Origin: Chrysomallon squamiferum | Lineage: Eukaryota; Animalia; Mollusca | NCBI GenBank assembly: GCA_012295275.1 | Contig: CM022670.1 | Span: forward strand, 7,502,001 to 7,566,000 | DNA: 64,000 nt | Direction of reading: 5' to 3' | In this document: positions 60,013-64,000 of the stretch, piece by piece | How positions within the stretch are numbered: position 1 is the stretch's first letter | Layout: every line of letters starts with the position of its first letter | Notes under the pieces: model-generated | Seen by the model: only the letters and a program-made list of their open reading frames with translations | Told to the model about the DNA's origin: nothing | Databases searched by the model: none | Program-made: the position numbers and the translations under genes

Positions 60013-60187
60013 CATATTTATTTGATTTTATTTAATTTTATTTATTTTTACTTTAGTTAATTTATTAATTAATTGTTTCAAAGTGATAAAAAAAAAAAAA
60101 AATTATCGTCATGGACAGGTACCTCTGATAGACAGATAACCGCGAAAGTAGGTTTGAGTGTGTAGGTTTGAATATGTATATTTCTGA

Positions 60188-60230
<43 letters not shown>

Positions 60231-60882
60231 TGCGTGTGTGTGTGTGTCTGTGTGTTCTGTATTCATTCACTTTTTTAATGTTATTAATTTTCTTCAATAA
60301 TTTTGGATGAAATGAAGGAACTGTAATGTTTTATTAAACTGTGTTAATTATTATTTATGTTTACATATATATATATATATATTTCACTGTTGTTTGTAAG
60401 CTGCTGATGTAGATCTATTAAAGCGACCATATAAACATTTTATTGTCTTTTTTCTTTACATTTTCAAGTTTAGTTTGTCTTATTTCTTTTTGTCACAGAC
60501 ACCTATATATACGAATTTACACCCAAATGCACATACATACAAACATACACAATTATAAACATACATACATCCATACAGACATAAATACATGCATACGTCT
60601 ATATATACATGCATACATGCATGCATACATACATACATACATACATACACATACACACACATAAACACATGCCTACATGATTACGCTAAAGCAATAACAA
60701 TGAAAGAAGAAAAACATTAATCAGAGCAAATATCTTTATTTTGTATTTATGTTTTACCCAACTTTTTTGTCACTGTCATACTGATACATAACAATAAATT
60801 AGAAAAATGTACGAACAAAAAAATTAATAATAGTAATAAATAAATTAATAAATAAATTAAAATAATAATAATAATAATAAAA

Positions 60883-60945
<63 letters not shown>

Positions 60946-61377
60946 TTAAGAAATAAAAAAACAAAAATATAATATCAAATGTAATGTTATTATGTTTCAC
61001 GAATAACAAATATTAATAATAAGAAAAGTAAATTACAACAATACAATCACAAAAAACAATGCTATTTTTATTTTTATTAATTTTATTTAAAATATTAAAT
61101 ACTTTTAAAAATCATACTATGCTAACATTTACTGAAAACCATGGCAACAGCGACAAGAAGAACAACAGCAACAAATATGATTTAATGGCCAATATTTCTG
61201 TTTTACCTCTATTGATAAAAACGATGCGATAACAGACGTTTTATTCTGTTTGATGAGACTTACTATTCATTTCATTAGAAAGAGTAATTTCCATTGACAT
61301 TCATGTTGTTTATTGTTAAATAGCTCAGTAATCTTCGAATTAAATAACAGTTAACCGACTTAATACATATATTTTTG

Positions 61378-61449
<72 letters not shown>

Positions 61450-61868
61450 TAAAGGGAAGTAAAAATGTGAAGATTGTTGTTAGAGGTTATCTCCCATTAA
61501 CACGAATATCATTTATTTATATATTTATTTAGTTGGTTAGTTAGTTAGTTCATTCCATATTTATATATTTATTTCATCAGTTCACAGTCATTTTAAAACT
61601 TTTAGCATTTTCCATATTTCCTGTTTCCCGAGATTTTATAGTTAGAACTATCAGTGCGTTGATGTGTCGAGACGACGTCGTGTATGTTGTATCTGAGATC
61701 ACGTTTCTTCTTTTCTGACGTGTCCACAGTCATGTTTCTCTTAATGGCAATGGCTATAAGTAGTTATAAATAAAATAAAATAATAAATAAATAAGTAAAT
61801 AAGCAAAGAAAGAAAGAATGAAACAAATAAACAAATAAAAATAAAATAAAATAAAATAATTTTGTAGA

Positions 61869-63650
61869 TCACTGTTTATCATCAACAGGATTTCCCTTAA
61901 GTTCGTAGTCATGGAAATGTTTGCTGCTGTTTGTCAGTCGTTCCGTTGACGTTGTTGAGTTCGCGTGTACGTGATCTTTCTTGTCTCGGAGACGACGTGA
62001 CCAGAGTGACAGAACGTTTCGGTTAACGACAATAGCGACAAAAAACAAAACTCCTTGTAAACCTACAAAAATCGTAAAAACGTAAGCAAACACTTCTATC
62101 TGAAAAACTTCGTAAAGATACGAAAACAACCAAAACAGGCCTGTAGTAGCCGACAGCTTGAAACAAGCAAACATATTTATTTTACTTTCTCGTGTGCTGT
62201 TCACTAAACCGTGACGACGAAGGTTACAAAGTGTGAAAACAAAGAGACCAATATTCACAAGAACGATAACTCCCACTGGGACTTTGAAGAAATAGGTTTT
62301 AGAACTGGAGTTGTTCAGATAACAAATTATACCTCCGTAACCGATCTGACTGTGTAATGCAAAGTTTGTAATTATGTTCAAAGTGACAATCAAAGCAGAC
62401 ACACCATAAGAATACAAAGCAGAAAGCAAAACTATTTTTCTCAAACTCTGGTCGAAGTTTCGACATTTAAGAGGAAAAGACAATCTAAGAAAAAGAACAA
62501 ACGTGCATGCATTCATCCAAAACACTGCGGCCAGCCAAAGAAAATGAATAATAATGCCAATAACCTGACAACCAATTGCGTTTTCGTTTTGTTCAATTCC
62601 ATATTCAAACACTGCTTGAGCGGCGAATACGGTCGCTATAAGTCCCATATTACACACCCCACCTACAGTACGCATGCTGGGGAAAAGACAGTAAGTGATA
62701 AACGTTAAAGCTAAAAATAAAAGCGAGATCGAGCTACAAACGAATGAAAAAATTCCCAGAATATTCTGCTGTGCTTTTTGCAGTTTGTGTTTGTTCGAAT
62801 ACTTTGCGTGGAAAGTAGCGTTCACGTAGTCTTCAAGACAGACAACAATAGATCCATCATCCAATATTTGGAAATCTTGGTGGTTCAGAACAGTTCCCGT
62901 GCTAAAAAATGTTAATGTGGGAAATTGTAAAGTTTTGTCTTGTAAAGAATGAATCGATACGTCATCATGGTATCTGATTTTATATTCCGACTGAGCAAGA
63001 CGAACCCTTGGACAAATCAGCTGTTTGCTGAGCTGAAGATACTTATCACCCAAAAACTTATCATTTGTTGTTTGTGTAGCTACAAATTCACTGAAAAGGT
63101 TTGAGCAGTCCTCAACACTTCCGTTTTTCAACACCATAGTCTGAGTTTGGCTGCATCGGTTGTGAAAACGATCATAGAACATAGCCCAGTCTATCAGTTC
63201 ATTTCCCATTAACTTCTCCTCAAATTCATCGCGATTGTTGTTCCCTAGAGAAAAAACCTTTAACACGTAGCGTATTACCACGAACATAGTTTTATTAGGA
63301 CAGTTTTGTAATTGTACAATATAACCTGTAATGTTAGAAGATACCCACATTTTGGTGATTGGCATATGTCTATATATAATTCTCTTTAGACTCTGCGAGG
63401 GCTTCAGTGGGGTTTGAAAAGTCACATTGATTTGAAAACACACTCTGTAACCGTAAATGTTGGACGACGGAAACAAACTACGACATTCATTGTTGTTTAA
63501 TCGTTTTCCTTCAGCACATGAAAGTGACAGATTCTGGTACTGGAATAAAATAAAACAACTATTATCATCATCATCGTCAACATCATTATCATCATCATCA
63601 TCATTATTATTACTTGTATTATTAGTATTATTATAATTATTATTATTATG

Positions 63651-63686
<36 letters not shown>

Positions 63687-64000
63687 TTTGTTATTATTAT
63701 TATTGCTATTGCTATTTTAATTTTATTTATTGTTATTGTTGTCGTAAACATTACAAATAAAATAAAGTGAAAGAATTTGAAACGAAAAAAAGATAAACAA
63801 ATAGCTAGCTAGACAGACTTTTAGACAGATAGGTAGACAGAAAATAGAGAGACAGACATGGTAAAGAGAGATATGCGATTGAAACGAAGAGAAGGAGGGA
63901 CAGAGGGATAATATACAGCTATATTACTTACCCGTTCCGCGCTGTCAGAATAACTATCTTCAGACTTCATCAGATTACTGTCTAAATTAATCAGAGCTGT
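61869..64000 (-). CDS. Paralogous adhesion/Methuselah-like GPCR, inverted, 5' part outside the window
   Basis: Last exon 63539->61869 (TTCCAG|TAC; YQNLSLSCAEGKRL...NPVDDKQ*). Preceding exon >64000->63932 (TALINLDSNLMKSEDSYSDSAER|GTAAGT). Same intron position and phase as the + strand copy. Confidence 0.88.

Overview
AT-rich, microsatellite-laden eukaryotic DNA with GT-AG introns; gene content looks like a lophotrochozoan invertebrate, probably a mollusc (inference). Left to right: (1) last four exons of a thioester-containing protein (TEP) paralog (1-1620,+); (2) an MFSD6-like transporter (CDS 11453-15372,+); (3) a secreted TEP/CD109-like gene (TATA 24006, CDS 25755-55473,+, 36 coding exon positions, about 1426-1444 aa) with an RRKR site, intact GCGEQ thioester and catalytic His; (4) two tail-to-tail Cys-rich adhesion/Methuselah-like GPCR paralogs (56758-59853,+ and 61869->64000,-). 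The standout is in the TEP: one exon position, the variable bait-like region, exists as nine homologous exons (35278-44347). All end in xE(V/I)xx(V/I)RxxF(P/R)ETWLW, all are phase 1->2 and 3n+1 long, so they must be mutually exclusive. A candidate upstream docking element (34853-34977) is complementary to short segments upstream of most of these exons, suggesting Dscam-like competing RNA pairing (read by eye, untested). Also notable: a 38-bp tandem repeat that multiplies the splice acceptor of the thioester exon, a 1-nt frameshift in a late TEP exon, and near-identical 7TM arms with divergent ectodomains in the GPCR pair. All exon coordinates were derived by hand; no searches were run.
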